Assembly: GCA_021613535.1 (NCBI GenBank)
Contig: CP075492.1
Coordinates: 1,860,001-1,924,000 of the forward strand
Reading direction: 5' to 3'
Length of the DNA: 64,000 nucleotides
Origin: Adineta vaga
Lineage: Eukaryota; Animalia; Rotifera
Part shown: piece by piece, positions 63,173-64,000 of the stretch
Numbering within the stretch: position 1 is the first letter of the stretch
Layout: each line of letters opens with the position of its first letter
Position numbers and translations under genes: made by a program
The notes under the pieces: model-generated
What the model was told of the DNA's origin: nothing
What the model saw: the letters and a program-made list of their open reading frames with translations, nothing else
Database searches by the model: none

Positions 63173-64000
63173 ATGGCATCTTCTATTTCATTACCTGCAA
63201 GAGTAAGTAAATGAACATTTGTTGAGAAGGAAATGGAATATTTTCATATAGATAACTACTACTTTATCTGTAACAACATCTTCAGAAACATTAGCATCAA
63301 CAACAGCTAGTGATAATATTAAATTAAAAAATGATTTCATTTCCAAAATCTCGGCATTGAGAAATGAATCATTGAATAATCCTATTTTTACGTCGGAACG
63401 ATATAATGAAACAGTTGAATTAATAAATAATGCAAAATTAAAAAGTAATTCTAAGAGAAATGATAAAGAAATATCATTATTAAAAACTTACGATGTAATT
63501 AATCTTGGTAATCAAGATAAATTAGTTAAGAAAATTCATGAAGGAGAAGATACTACAATTAAATATTATGTTCCGTTAAATGAGATTTATGATGTAATTA
63601 GAATGGCTCATTCAAATATAGGTCATCGTGGTATTAAATATACTTTAAAAGTAATTAAGAAACGATGTGCCAATGTCACTGAAAAACAAGTTAAATTATT
63701 TATCTCTAGTTGTGAAGAATGCAAAATGAAACGTTCCGAACCTAGAAATTCATCAAAATTAGTGATAAATCCGATTCTTTCAAACGATTTTAATTCTCCT
63801 GGTCAGGTTGACCTTATTAATATGCAATCGTCCCCCTGTGGACCGTTTAAGTTTATCTTGAATTATCAAGATCATTTTACGAAATTCTGTGTTTTACGAC
63901 CTCTTAAAACAAAAACAGCAGCAGAAGTCGCTTATCATCTATTATATATTTTTGCGATATTTGGCGCACCACTTATCTTACAGTCAGATAATGGAAGAGA
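63173..64000 (+). mobile_element. Ginger/GIN-type (KRBA2/SCAND3-like) DDE integrase ORF with an intron (63203-63251); runs off the window
   Basis: HHCC zinc finger (AHSNIGH...CEEC) and integrase core GQVDLINM...YQDHFTKFCVLRPLK...FGAPLILQSDNGR. Absent from the ORF track, presumably because it has no stop within the window. Confidence 0.85.

Overview
Eukaryotic, AT-rich genomic DNA with short GT-AG introns. It is most probably from a bdelloid rotifer (inference from an AvGluR1-type glutamate receptor with a TxVGYG pore, LDLa-EGF-7TM receptors, many NHL/Kelch genes, a bacterial-looking intronless gene and TGTGGG/TGAGGG repeats). The window is a mosaic of intact genes, pseudogenes, truncated gene pieces and DNA transposons (hAT-, CACTA-like and foldback MITEs, a non-autonomous Helitron, a PIF1 fragment, a mariner stub, a Ginger/GIN-type integrase). 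Three structures are not visible in the ORF track. (1) A short palindromic element built from telomere-like repeats, ATCTTGAGGG(TGTGGG)n-spacer-(CCCACA)nCCCTCAAGAT, occurs in most intergenic intervals of the first 39 kb, several times at or near gene truncation points. (2) Five separate ORFs between 43 and 55 kb, plus two small exons absent from the track, splice in frame into one 1802-aa protein with three tandem TM-ectodomain-TM repeats (possibly a single-chain pseudo-trimeric channel) and a membrane-tethered FG-GAP propeller. (3) The same phase-2/phase-1 'TM + stalk' exon precedes NHL, Kelch and FG-GAP propellers in four genes. Gene models were derived by hand from splice signals and frame arithmetic; no database searches were run.
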